Assembly: GCA_964624175.1 (NCBI GenBank)
Contig: CAZUWE010000005.1
Coordinates: 5,731 to 69,730, forward strand
From: an uncultured Candidatus Peribacteria bacterium
Lineage (GTDB): Bacteria > Patescibacteriota > Gracilibacteria > UBA1369 > 2-02-FULL-48-14
Reading direction: 5' to 3'
Length of the DNA: 64,000 nucleotides
This document shows positions 45,224 to 53,111 of this stretch, one piece after another. Position numbers and translations under genes: made by a program. Positions within the stretch are counted from its first letter, which is position 1. Every line of letters begins with the position of its first letter. Below the pieces are notes generated by a model. The model ran no database searches, was not told the origin of the DNA, and saw nothing but the letters and a program-made list of their open reading frames with translations.

Positions 45224-45321
45224 AGTTTAGAGCTTAGTGTGAATTGAAGTGTTTTGGTCTTATTCCCTGCTGGGATCCACGTGGGAGCCTTGAACTTCTT
45301 TTCTAAGATAAATGCCCGAAG

Positions 45322-45350
45322 ATACTAATGACCCTTAAGCGCATAGTCAA
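45322..45350 (-). promoter_or_regulatory. Candidate internal promoter for rplC and the downstream S10/spc genes
   Basis: The minus strand has TTGACT (45350..45345), a 17-nt spacer and TAGTAT (45327..45322), about 95 nt upstream of the rplC ATG. Confidence 0.4.
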
Positions 45351-45360
45351 GGCATTTTTT

Positions 45361-45387
45361 GCAAATTGTCTACTTTTGCGAGTGGAC
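45361..45387 (+). repeat. Copy A of a shared 27-nt intergenic motif
   Basis: GCAAATTGTCTACTTTTGCGAGTGGAC. It matches the reverse complement of 63575..63601 (GCAAAATTGTCTACTTTTCGTGTTGAC), with an identical 12-nt core TTGTCTACTTTT. Confidence 0.5.
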
Positions 45388-45400
45388 AGCCTTTTTTGAG

Positions 45401-45430
45401 TACAAAAAGAGGAGGCCTCGGCCTCCTCTT
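45401..45430 (-). terminator. Rho-independent terminator immediately after rpsJ
   Basis: The minus strand reads AAGAGGAGGC-CGAG-GCCTCCTCTTTTTGTA: a 10-bp GC-rich stem with a T-run, 22 nt after the rpsJ stop. Confidence 0.65.
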
Positions 45431-45452
45431 AAAGGTTTATATATAGAAAGGA

Positions 45453-45839
45453 CTATTTTTTAGCAGCTTTCTTTGCAGGAGCCTTTTTAGCGGTGCTCTT
45501 CTTTTCTTCCTTATCTTCACCTGCTTCCATAATCATCTTGATTTCGATGTCCACTCCAGAAGGGAGGGAGAGATTTGAGAGCTCCTCAATAGTAGCAGGG
45601 GTGGTTTCAGTGAGGTCTACGAGACGCTTGTGAGTTCGCATTTCGTATTGTTCACGAGAGTTCTTGTGAACGAAGGTAGACTTGTTCACGGTGAACTTGT
45701 CGATGTTCGTAGGAAGGGGGATTGGTCCCATTACGATAGCGCCGGTTTTTTCGGCGGTTTCGATGATCATACGAGCAGCGTCGTCGATCACTTTGTGGTC
45801 AAAGGACTTGATCTTGATACGGATCTTTTGCTTAGCCAT
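45453..45839 (-). CDS. rpsJ: 30S ribosomal protein S10 with a Lys/Ala/Glu-rich C-terminal tail
   Basis: I take the start MAKQKIRIKIKSFDHKVIDDAARMIIETAEKTGA at 45839; the 13 extra N-terminal codons in the track lie in leader-like sequence. The tail reads EAGEDKEEKKSTAKKAPAKKAAKK. Confidence 0.93.
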   Translation of the reverse strand: MAKQKIRIKIKSFDHKVIDDAARMIIETAEKTGAIVMGPIPLPTNIDKFTVNKSTFVHKNSREQYEMRTHKRLVDLTETTPATIEELSNLSLPSGVDIEIKMIMEAGEDKEEKKSTAKKAPAKKAAKK

Positions 45840-45854
45840 AGTGGCAATTGGGTT

Positions 45855-45883
45855 AAAAAAATACCGAGATTTGTACATCTCGG
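45855..45883 (-). terminator. Terminator/attenuator-like hairpin 15 nt upstream of the rpsJ start
   Basis: The minus strand reads CCGAGAT-GTACAA-ATCTCGG-TATTTTTTT. It is the last of four hairpins in the 165-nt region between the upstream ORF stop (46005) and the rpsJ ATG. Confidence 0.5.
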
Positions 45884-46004
45884 CCTAGGAAGACCTTCCG
45901 GTCTTTAGAGTTGAAGTCGAGGTGTCCCGGCTGAGCCGAGGGCGACTCTAAAACCAGAGTCACTCATTTTGTGCCGCTTATATAAAGGAAAAATCGCCTT
46001 AGTG

Positions 46005-46817
46005 TCAAGCAGTTTCGTTTCTTCGCAAAATTTCGTCCTCCTGGCTTTTGAGCCTACGGAAAGTGTAGTCAGTAAAAAATGCGTTGCCGAGTTCTTCCTC
46101 TTCTGCTGTCGAGAATCCGTGTTCACGGAGCTGTCTAAAGTAGCGTTCAGTGATAGGTCGGTGAGTGGGGCAGCTGGCCACGGCTCTCTCGTAAAGCTGC
46201 CGGTACCAAGCTCGCAGGTCCTCGACTTGAGGGCGTAATAGATTCACTCGAGGATCCAAAGTGAATCTGGATACAGCTTGAATCTTTTCTAGGGCTAAGC
46301 CAGGAACCTCAATGTACCCATTTTCAAGGTAGTAGAGCATACACGCAGAGAAACGGCCACTCATCCAGTCCATCCTCCCACCTACGCCATCTACAGTGAG
46401 GGCCTTTACAATGGTTGAATCACGAAAAGGTTCTTTTGAGTTATAAAATCGATCACAATCGCGTTCCAGGTCTGCCAAAGAAATACCATTCACAGCTAGC
46501 GTGCTGGGGCTATTGAGGTCATCGCTGTTGTGCACGTAGAGGCGGGCATGGCGAGTACGGCGGACATCATCTCCTCTTTGCAGAGCTTGAAAGTCAAAAA
46601 CCGTTTGCCCAGGGTTGCTACTTATCCCATGCAAGCGGCGGCGATTTTGGAGCGCCAAATTTCCGACCTGTCTCACATCGTCCAAACCTCTATCGAGTCG
46701 CAAAATAGCACGACATTCTGCTTCGTTACGCTGAGGCTCCAGAGATAAATCCACAAGTCTAGCCATAGAAGTAAAATTAACAACAGGACTCCAGCTTGTC
46801 AAGTTTGCTTGGGACAT
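46005..46817 (-). CDS. Hypothetical Arg-rich cytoplasmic protein (orphan)
   Basis: 270-aa ORF with no signal or TM segment and no motif I recognise. It lies between the tuf-proximal genes and rpsJ. Confidence 0.6.
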   Translation of the reverse strand: MSQANLTSWSPVVNFTSMARLVDLSLEPQRNEAECRAILRLDRGLDDVRQVGNLALQNRRRLHGISSNPGQTVFDFQALQRGDDVRRTRHARLYVHNSDDLNSPSTLAVNGISLADLERDCDRFYNSKEPFRDSTIVKALTVDGVGGRMDWMSGRFSACMLYYLENGYIEVPGLALEKIQAVSRFTLDPRVNLLRPQVEDLRAWYRQLYERAVASCPTHRPITERYFRQLREHGFSTAEEEELGNAFFTDYTFRRLKSQEDEILRRNETA

Positions 46818-46881
46818 TTATAGGAGACCTTTCTAAACCATACTTTATAGCTGGATCTGAACCCTTTATTACAAGGATGCT

Positions 46882-47235
46882 CTAAAAATCCATAGCATCT
46901 CCAAACACTTTTTTGAGGAACTGAATGAGTTCACCATCACCCTCGGGTTCTCCGGAAAGGCTTTGATGTTCGCTGCTGAGTTCCACTTCTTCACCATGGC
47001 TTGTTTTTTGTACTCCTTGGCTGAGCTCACTGAGTTCACCGTGATCCCTGTCTAGGTCTTCGGCCAGCTGTACCTCCACTTCATGTTTTCCCGTCATCAT
47101 CAGTTCACTGCTGTATCCAAGCAGATCCAACTTTTTAAGACTTTCGTTGCCAGTTTCTTGACCAATGGCAGGGAGGCCAATGAAGGTGAAGAGTAGAGCA
47201 GCGGACAGGGCGACTTTCCAGTTCATTTTTGGCAT
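46882..47235 (-). CDS. Small acidic secreted hypothetical protein
   Basis: Signal peptide MNWKVALSAALLFTFIGLPAIGQE. The mature part is rich in E, L and S. A consensus promoter lies upstream. Confidence 0.6.
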   Translation of the reverse strand: MPKMNWKVALSAALLFTFIGLPAIGQETGNESLKKLDLLGYSSELMMTGKHEVEVQLAEDLDRDHGELSELSQGVQKTSHGEEVELSSEHQSLSGEPEGDGELIQFLKKVFGDAMDF

Positions 47236-47258
47236 ATCTTTGTTTTAAGTATCTCTGT

Positions 47259-47287
47259 ATTATACAATATAATTGCTTGTTTGACAA
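47259..47287 (-). promoter_or_regulatory. Near-consensus promoter for the 47235 gene
   Basis: The minus strand has TTGTCA (47287..47282), a 17-nt spacer and TATAAT (47264..47259). Confidence 0.55.
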
Positions 47288-47309
47288 GTATACTGAGTCT
47301 GTTTATAAT
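47281..47309 (+). promoter_or_regulatory. Consensus promoter for the 47327 gene
   Basis: TTGACA (47281..47286), 17-nt spacer, TATAAT (47304..47309), with the ATG 17 nt after the -10 box. The -35 box overlaps the -35 box of the divergent promoter. Confidence 0.6.
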
Positions 47310-47326
47310 GCTGGCTTACTTATTAT

Positions 47327-48262
47327 ATGAGCGCAGAAAGCTGGTATAAAAAACCTAGTTCCTATGTCGCAGCAGGCGGGGCCGTGCTCCTGGCATCTTT
47401 AGCGATGTGTAGCGGAAAGAAGACGGATAAAGATGAAATCTCTCTAAAGCCAAAGCAAGTCCATACCGAAACGTATGAGGACACGGGTCTTCAAGCTGAA
47501 GTGGATCCTTTTGAGAAGGCGCTTCGGGAAGTTCTTTCAAAAGCAAATGAAGAACCAAGAGTTAGCTTAACGGATAGGCCAGCTTCCTTATATAAGATGG
47601 AAGAGGCGCTCGCAGAGTGCATTCAAGCAGCTGATAATACCTGTTATTTGAGTTACGAGTATTCGCTAATGTTTAGAACTCGTCTTGAATGTTATTCAAA
47701 CACTTGGAGGAAGTTCTCTAGTCCTGTTCTTTTTGCAGTTCGTCCGGATGCAGAGGTGGGTGGGGTTAACATAAATATGCGATTGCCGAATGGTGGGTAT
47801 ACATCCTATGAGTCTGCTCCTTCCGTAGAGTCAAACCCGGAAGAAGCTGAAGAGTTTTACACTCAAATCTGCCGTGATGCTCTCGAAGTCTTATCGCAAG
47901 AACCAGACCAAACCCCTTGTGACTATCCTCAAGACTATAGTGGATGTAAAAAGATGGAAGACAACGAAGAGTGGGCTGCTACGTTAGGGGATGAGCTTCA
48001 GTTTGGTTATGAAGCCTTGGAGAATGAAGGATTTCAGGTAGAACTAACGGATGCCAATACACTTCGTACTACCTTTGAAAATTTCGATGGATCTATTGAG
48101 GTAGAGACCTTGTTTCCTAAAAGAGAACACTGCGAAGATGAGGAGGGTTCTTATAATGGAGAGCCTTGTTGGAAGTTCAAACTCATGAGTGGGGGAGAAT
48201 ATGATGCGAGTGAAGTTTTGGACTACGCGGTGAATAAGCAACTCCGTCTTTTAGAAGAATAA
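47327..48262 (+). CDS. Hypothetical acidic lipoprotein
   Basis: AAGGAVLLASLAMCSGKK carries a lipobox (LAMC). The mature region is Cys-containing and acidic, with no domain I recognise. Confidence 0.65.
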   Translation: MSAESWYKKPSSYVAAGGAVLLASLAMCSGKKTDKDEISLKPKQVHTETYEDTGLQAEVDPFEKALREVLSKANEEPRVSLTDRPASLYKMEEALAECIQAADNTCYLSYEYSLMFRTRLECYSNTWRKFSSPVLFAVRPDAEVGGVNINMRLPNGGYTSYESAPSVESNPEEAEEFYTQICRDALEVLSQEPDQTPCDYPQDYSGCKKMEDNEEWAATLGDELQFGYEALENEGFQVELTDANTLRTTFENFDGSIEVETLFPKREHCEDEEGSYNGEPCWKFKLMSGGEYDASEVLDYAVNKQLRLLEE

Positions 48263-48274
48263 GAAAGTGTGCAA

Positions 48275-48307
48275 CAAAAAAGCCCCGCATTTCTGCAGGG
48301 CTTTTTC
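48275..48307. terminator. Bidirectional rho-independent terminator (47327 gene and tuf)
   Basis: AAAAAAGCCCCGCA-TTTC-TGCAGGGCTTTTT. It has an A-run on one side and a T-run on the other, and sits between convergent stops at 48262 and 48322. Confidence 0.7.
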
Positions 48308-48321
48308 TAAAGTCGAAGGAA

Positions 48322-49512
48322 TTATTCCATGATCTTAGCAACCACTCCGGCTCCTACAGTGCGTCCTCCTTCGCGGATAGCGAAACGAGTTCCCTGTTCA
48401 AGAGCTACTGGAGCTCCAAGAGTAACGATCATGTTCACGTTGTCTCCTGGCATAACCATTTCTACTCCAGCTGGGAGTTCGATGGTTCCGGTAACGTCCG
48501 TAGTACGGATGTAGAATTGAGGCTTGTATCCCTTGAAGAATGGAGTGTGTCGTCCTCCTTCTTCCTTATTAAGGATGTACACCTCTGATTCAAACTTGGT
48601 GTGAGGCTTGATAGAACCTGGCTTAGCAATAACTTGTCCACGTTCGATATCTTCACGCTCAACTCCACGGAGGAGAAGACCTACGTTGTCTCCCGCTTCT
48701 CCACGGTCGAGGGTCTTGCGGAACATTTCTACTCCGGTTACCACAACCTTCTTAGTATCCTTAATACCTACGATTTCTACTTCGTCGTTGGTGTTAACCA
48801 CTCCTTGTTCGATACGACCCGTAGCTACCGTTCCACGTCCCTTAATAGAGAACACGTCTTCTACAGACATGAGGAATGGCTTGTCGAGTTCACGCTTAGG
48901 AGTTGGGATGTATTCATCGAGAGTCTTAAGAAGTTCAGCAACGGCATCTCCTCCAGGTCCCTTAGGATCTTCGAAGGCCTTAAGAGCAGAACCCTTAATG
49001 ATTGGAGTAGTGTCTCCAGGATATTCATACTTGTTGAGAAGATCACGAACTTCCATTTCTGAGAGTTCAGCGATTTCTGGATCAGCCATGTCCATCTTGT
49101 TGAGGAACACCACGATGTAAGGCACATTAACTTGGCGAGCCAAGAGGATGTGTTCACGTGTTTGAGGCATGGGTCCGTCTGCGGCAGAAACCACGAGGAT
49201 GGCTCCGTCCATTTGAGCGGCTCCAGTAATCATGTTCTTTACGTAGTCGGCGTGACCGGGACAGTCTACGTGAGCGTAGTGACGGTGTTCGGTCGTGTAC
49301 TCTTGGTGAGAGGTAGCAATCGTGATACCACGAGCTTTTTCTTCCGGAGCGTTGTCGATTTGGTCGTAAGCTACGACTTTGTTCTCAGCGCCACCGAAAC
49401 GAGCCGCTGCTACAGCGGTAAGGGCCGCTGTAAGAGTGGTCTTTCCGTGGTCTACGTGACCGATGGTTCCCACATTCACGTGCGGCTTAGAACGGTCGAA
49501 GGTTCCTGCCAT
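48322..49512 (-). CDS. tuf: Elongation factor Tu
   Basis: [30 protein letters not shown] and NKMD motifs are present. 396 aa. Confidence 0.98.
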   Translation of the reverse strand: MAGTFDRSKPHVNVGTIGHVDHGKTTLTAALTAVAAARFGGAENKVVAYDQIDNAPEEKARGITIATSHQEYTTEHRHYAHVDCPGHADYVKNMITGAAQMDGAILVVSAADGPMPQTREHILLARQVNVPYIVVFLNKMDMADPEIAELSEMEVRDLLNKYEYPGDTTPIIKGSALKAFEDPKGPGGDAVAELLKTLDEYIPTPKRELDKPFLMSVEDVFSIKGRGTVATGRIEQGVVNTNDEVEIVGIKDTKKVVVTGVEMFRKTLDRGEAGDNVGLLLRGVEREDIERGQVIAKPGSIKPHTKFESEVYILNKEEGGRHTPFFKGYKPQFYIRTTDVTGTIELPAGVEMVMPGDNVNMIVTLGAPVALEQGTRFAIREGGRTVGAGVVAKIME

Positions 49513-49557
49513 ATCGTTATGGTGATAAAAAAATAAATGGCTAATTAGAGCGAGCGA

Positions 49558-49586
49558 ATTGTAGTTGAAGCTTCAGGCTAGTGCAA
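49558..49586 (-). promoter_or_regulatory. Candidate promoter for tuf
   Basis: The minus strand has TTGCAC (49586..49581), a 17-nt spacer and TACAAT (49563..49558), about 45 nt upstream of the tuf ATG. Confidence 0.35.
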
Positions 49587-49593
49587 GCGGAAA

Positions 49594-49986
49594 TCACTCT
49601 TTTGTTGAGAAGCTCCATTGATAGGGTTCCAAAGTGTTTCCAGCTGCATCTCTAAAGCCATCGTAATTTACTGAATTGAGCCAAATTTCATAGTCCTTTC
49701 CAGGTTCAAGTGTGACAGGAAGGGTCACCGTCATTAGATCTTCTGAGTACCAAGGTTCGCCCGCAAGGGCAGGGAACTTGGATTCGTCTTGATAGGTGAA
49801 TGACCAAGAGTGGTCTGTCATCTTTTCACTAAAGGTCACAGACAGTTCAGTGGTAGATGCCTCTACCGTGGATTCGTTTTCAGGGCTGGTGGAAACAACG
49901 GTCGGTGCAGAGACATCGCTAGCACAAGCACTTATTAAAAGACTGCTCAGTACCAAGCTTGAGAGGGAGAGAAGTTTTTTAGCCAT
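49594..49986 (-). CDS. Lipoprotein with a bacterial Ig-like (SbsA/Big_5-type) domain
   Basis: I prefer the start MAKKLLSLSSLVLSSLLISACAS (lipobox ISAC) at 49986. The domain pattern reads VVSTSPENESTVEASTTELSVTFSEKM...GKDYEIWLNS..DGFRDAAGN. Confidence 0.6.
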   Translation of the reverse strand: MAKKLLSLSSLVLSSLLISACASDVSAPTVVSTSPENESTVEASTTELSVTFSEKMTDHSWSFTYQDESKFPALAGEPWYSEDLMTVTLPVTLEPGKDYEIWLNSVNYDGFRDAAGNTLEPYQWSFSTKE

Positions 49987-50030
49987 AATGGTATGTGAAT
50001 ATGTTGTATGTAGCATACACTTTCATACCA

Positions 50031-50066
50031 TACAAAAACTAGGATAAACGGTGTGTTTATCCTAGT
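50031..50066 (-). terminator. Rho-independent terminator after fusA
   Basis: The minus strand reads ACTAGGATAAAC-ACACC-GTTTATCCTAGTTTTTGTA: a perfect 12-bp stem beginning 22 nt after the fusA stop. Confidence 0.65.
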
Positions 50067-50088
50067 TCATTTAATCTTGGAAAAGGCT

Positions 50089-52176
50089 TTATTCCTTCAC
50101 TCCACGGTCTGCCTTGATCTTGGCAGCAACGTTTGAAGGAACTTCAGAGTAGTGGCTGAATTCCATCGCGTAGCTTCCACGACCTTGAGTCATAGAACGG
50201 AGATCGGTTGCGTATCCGAACATCTCTGAGAGAGGAACGGTACAACGGATAACTTTAGCCATACCACGACTGGTGGTTTCAACGATTTGTCCACGACGAG
50301 AAGAGATGTTCCCCATAACGTCTCCGAAGTAGTCATCGGCAACAGTCACTTCCACTTTCATGATAGGCTCAAGGAGTACTGGGTTTGCAGCTGTACATCC
50401 TTTCTTGAAGGCTACTGAACCAGCAAGTTTGAACGCCATTTCAGATGAGTCCACATCGTGGTAAGAACCATCGGTGAGCTCTACCTTCACGTCCACTACT
50501 GGGTATCCAGCAACCACTCCACGGGTGAGGGCTTCCTTAACTCCCTTATCAACGGCTGGGATGAATTCACGAGGAATACGTCCTCCCACCACTGAGTTGA
50601 TGAACTCGTAACCCTTACCAGGTTCGTTGGGGCTAACGGTCATGATCACGTGTCCATATTGTCCACGTCCTCCAGTCTGCTTAGAGTATTTTTCTTCACA
50701 TTCTACAGACTTCTTGATGGTTTCTCGGTAAGCCACTTGAGGAGCTCCCACGTTCGCTTCTACCTTGAACTCACGTCGCATACGATCCACGATGATGTCG
50801 AGGTGAAGTTCTCCCATTCCGGCGATCAAGGTTTGCCCGGTTTCTTCAGAGGAAGATACACGGAAAGTAGGATCTTCTTCAGCAAGCTTTTGGAGTGCAA
50901 GACCCATCTTTTCTTGGTCGGCCTTGGTTTTAGGTTCAATCGCAATTTGGATCACCGGTTCAGGGAAGCTCATAGATTCGAGCGTGATTGGATGATCGGG
51001 ATCACAGAGAGTGTTTCCGGTGAAGGTGTTCTTAAGACCAATGGCTGCAGCAATATCTCCTGCGTGCACAGTCTTGATTTCTTCACGGTCAGCCGCGTGC
51101 ATACGCACGAGACGTCCAATACGTTCCTTGTCTCCGGTTGCAGTGTTCAAAATGTAAGAACCTGCATCGAGCTTTCCGCTGTAAACACGGAAGAAGCAGA
51201 GTTTTCCTACGAATGGATCGGTAGCAATCTTGAATGCAAGTGCAGAGAAAGGTTGATTGTCTTCGAGTGAACGAGTTTCTTCTTGTTCGGTGTCTGGGTT
51301 GACTCCTTTAATAGCTCCCACATCCACTGGAGAAGGGAGGTAGTCACGCACTCCATCAAGTACAAGTTGTACTCCCATATCTCGGAGAGCAGATCCACAG
51401 AATACTGGGTAGATCTTTCCTTGTACCGTTCCTTTACGGATACCACGCTTGATTTCATCTACGCTGAGTTCTTGTCCCTCGAGATACTTGTTCATGAGGT
51501 CGTCTTCTTGTTCTGCAGCCACTTCAATCATCTTTGCTCGGTATTCCGCCACTTGATCTTTCATGTCATCTGGAATTGGAATTTCAGTTTGAATTTCTCC
51601 GTGCTTTCCTTCGAACTTGTAAGCCTTTTGCTCAACGAGGTCGATGATCCCTTCGAAGCTTGAGTCCATTCCAATTGGAAGTTGAACGGCAAACGCAGCC
51701 TTTGAAAGACGATCCCAAATGCTCTTAATAGACATGTAGAAATCAGCTCCCATCTTATCCATCTTGTTCACGAATGCGATACGAGGCACTTCGTACTTGT
51801 CTGCTTGGCGCCACACGGTTTCAGATTGAGGTTCCACTCCTTGTGAACCATCGAACACGGCAACGGCTCCGTCGAGTACACGCATAGAACGTTCTACTTC
51901 CACAGTGAAGTCCACGTGACCAGGAGTGTCGATGATGTTGATCTTAATATCCTTCCAGTAACAAGTGGTTGCCGCCGCAGTGATGGTGATACCACGTTCC
52001 TGTTCCTGTTCCATCCAGTCCATGGTCGCAGCGCCTTCATGTACTTCTCCAATCTTGTGATTGCGTCCGGTATAAAACAAAATACGTTCGGTGGTGGTGG
52101 TTTTACCAGCATCGATGTGCGCACAAATTCCAATATTTCGGAGATGGGCTAGGTCGGTTACAGGAGCGTCGGCCAT
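50089..52176 (-). CDS. fusA: Elongation factor G
   Basis: [33 protein letters not shown] and NKMD motifs are present. 695 aa. Confidence 0.98.
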   Translation of the reverse strand: MADAPVTDLAHLRNIGICAHIDAGKTTTTERILFYTGRNHKIGEVHEGAATMDWMEQEQERGITITAAATTCYWKDIKINIIDTPGHVDFTVEVERSMRVLDGAVAVFDGSQGVEPQSETVWRQADKYEVPRIAFVNKMDKMGADFYMSIKSIWDRLSKAAFAVQLPIGMDSSFEGIIDLVEQKAYKFEGKHGEIQTEIPIPDDMKDQVAEYRAKMIEVAAEQEDDLMNKYLEGQELSVDEIKRGIRKGTVQGKIYPVFCGSALRDMGVQLVLDGVRDYLPSPVDVGAIKGVNPDTEQEETRSLEDNQPFSALAFKIATDPFVGKLCFFRVYSGKLDAGSYILNTATGDKERIGRLVRMHAADREEIKTVHAGDIAAAIGLKNTFTGNTLCDPDHPITLESMSFPEPVIQIAIEPKTKADQEKMGLALQKLAEEDPTFRVSSSEETGQTLIAGMGELHLDIIVDRMRREFKVEANVGAPQVAYRETIKKSVECEEKYSKQTGGRGQYGHVIMTVSPNEPGKGYEFINSVVGGRIPREFIPAVDKGVKEALTRGVVAGYPVVDVKVELTDGSYHDVDSSEMAFKLAGSVAFKKGCTAANPVLLEPIMKVEVTVADDYFGDVMGNISSRRGQIVETTSRGMAKVIRCTVPLSEMFGYATDLRSMTQGRGSYAMEFSHYSEVPSNVAAKIKADRGVKE

Positions 52177-52193
52177 ATAAAAATTTAGTGTTT

Positions 52194-52226
52194 AAAAAAG
52201 CCCTGGCATTATAGGGAAGCCAGGGC
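52194..52226 (-). terminator. Terminator-like hairpin between the 66-aa ORF and fusA
   Basis: The minus strand reads GCCCTGGC-TTCCCTATAAT-GCCAGGGCTTTTTT: an 8-bp GC stem and a T6 run, ending 17 nt upstream of the fusA ATG. Confidence 0.55.
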
Positions 52227-52260
52227 AGAAGTCAAGAAATGGGATTTAAAGGCAATAGAG

Positions 52261-52461
52261 CTACTTGTTTTCAGGACCGTCGAGAACGTCTTGTAAGGCA
52301 GTGCGCGTTCCATCGGTAGCGCCTCTCAGTTTTTGTTCAGCTAACAACTCTTCGACAAAGGCAGCTGCCAGGGCGTTCTTATGATGACCAGCTTCTGTAA
52401 TTCCATTTCGCGCAGCACAGTCGAGCTGTTCCCCTAACGTTTTAAACATCAATTCACTCAT
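52261..52461 (-). CDS. Small hypothetical helical protein (66 aa)
   Basis: The ORF is preceded by a near-perfect promoter. I recognise no motif, so coding status is uncertain. Confidence 0.4.
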   Translation of the reverse strand: MSELMFKTLGEQLDCAARNGITEAGHHKNALAAAFVEELLAEQKLRGATDGTRTALQDVLDGPENK

Positions 52462-52482
52462 AGGCTTGGTAAAATTAAAGCA

Positions 52483-52497
52483 CAGGTATTATACCTG
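52483..52497. promoter_or_regulatory. Perfect 15-bp palindrome centred on the -10 box (candidate operator)
   Basis: CAGGTAT-A-ATACCTG on the minus strand (7+1+7, perfectly self-complementary), embedding the TATAAT hexamer. Confidence 0.4.
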
Positions 52498-52515
52498 GAA
52501 GAATGTTTGTGTCAA
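52488..52515 (-). promoter_or_regulatory. Consensus promoter inside the rpsG-fusA interval
   Basis: The minus strand has TTGACA (52515..52510), a 16-nt spacer and TATAAT (52493..52488), about 27 nt upstream of the 66-aa ORF ATG. Confidence 0.6.
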
Positions 52516-52526
52516 TGCCTCGAGGG

Positions 52527-53048
52527 TTACTCTGCCGCGGGGGTTACATAGCTCTCCAGTGTGTCTACCAGGTCATTGTTGGCCTCAATAAAGGTGGTGT
52601 AGTTGGTGTGCATGGTTTCGTCGAGCGTTTCTACCTGGCTGATGTCTTCTTTATAAGTGCCTTCGCTGTAATAGCTCAGCATGGCTTCGTAGCTTTCCAA
52701 GTAAATTTGGGCGGCGCTACGGTAGGTCTCTAGTTCGGTTCGAACAGCATTTTGTTGCTCAAGGTTACGGCTTTCTAAAATCAGTAGATCATCGGTTTCT
52801 TCAATCAGTTTCACGGCTTCGTCGTAGCTATTTTCCATCTCGCCAATTTCAATGGTGGACTCTTCTGTCACCACATCGGGCAGGGTTTCATTATAAAGAC
52901 TGGTGGTTGCTTCCACGGCTAGAGAGGCTTCATTCACTTTTTCTACAACCAAGTTATTGTATTCAATTTCACTGTATTTTCCGAGAAACGAGCAGCCGGT
53001 CAGGATAAAGGCGCTTAAAAGGAGCAGGGCAGGGGTAGATTTGTGCAT
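52527..53048 (-). CDS. Hypothetical helical lipoprotein
   Basis: MHKSTPALLLLSAFILTGCSF carries a lipobox (LTGC). The mature region is acidic and predicted helical. Confidence 0.65.
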   Translation of the reverse strand: MHKSTPALLLLSAFILTGCSFLGKYSEIEYNNLVVEKVNEASLAVEATTSLYNETLPDVVTEESTIEIGEMENSYDEAVKLIEETDDLLILESRNLEQQNAVRTELETYRSAAQIYLESYEAMLSYYSEGTYKEDISQVETLDETMHTNYTTFIEANNDLVDTLESYVTPAAE

Positions 53049-53058
53049 ACGTGGCGTG

Positions 53059-53090
53059 AAAAAAAGCCCCCTGATTTTAGCAGGAGGCTT
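53059..53090 (-). terminator. Rho-independent terminator after rpsG
   Basis: The minus strand reads AAGCCTCCTG-CTAAAAT-CAGGGGGCTTTTTTT (9 of 10 bp paired, T7 run), 21 nt after the rpsG stop. Confidence 0.6.
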
Positions 53091-53111
53091 AGTGTTTGAC
53101 TAGGATAGAAA

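Noticed and set aside
25447-45230. Many long ORFs (100-260 aa) on the + strand opposite the ribosomal protein, secY, rpoA, tuf, fusA and rpoBC genes, for example 36438..37223, 37903..38613, 44050..44661, 27278..27835 and 50650..51270.
   Set aside because: They lie entirely antisense to strongly conserved genes. Their composition is odd and low-complexity (Ser/Leu/Phe/Arg-rich), and they lack start-site context. They are typical shadow ORFs of highly expressed genes.
46005-46817. A possible ADP-ribosyltransferase toxin signature (R ... STL ... E-x-E-like) in the Arg-rich orphan.
   Set aside because: The spacing between the candidate Arg and the S-T motif is far too short, and no convincing ExE/QxE element follows. 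There is no support beyond isolated residues.
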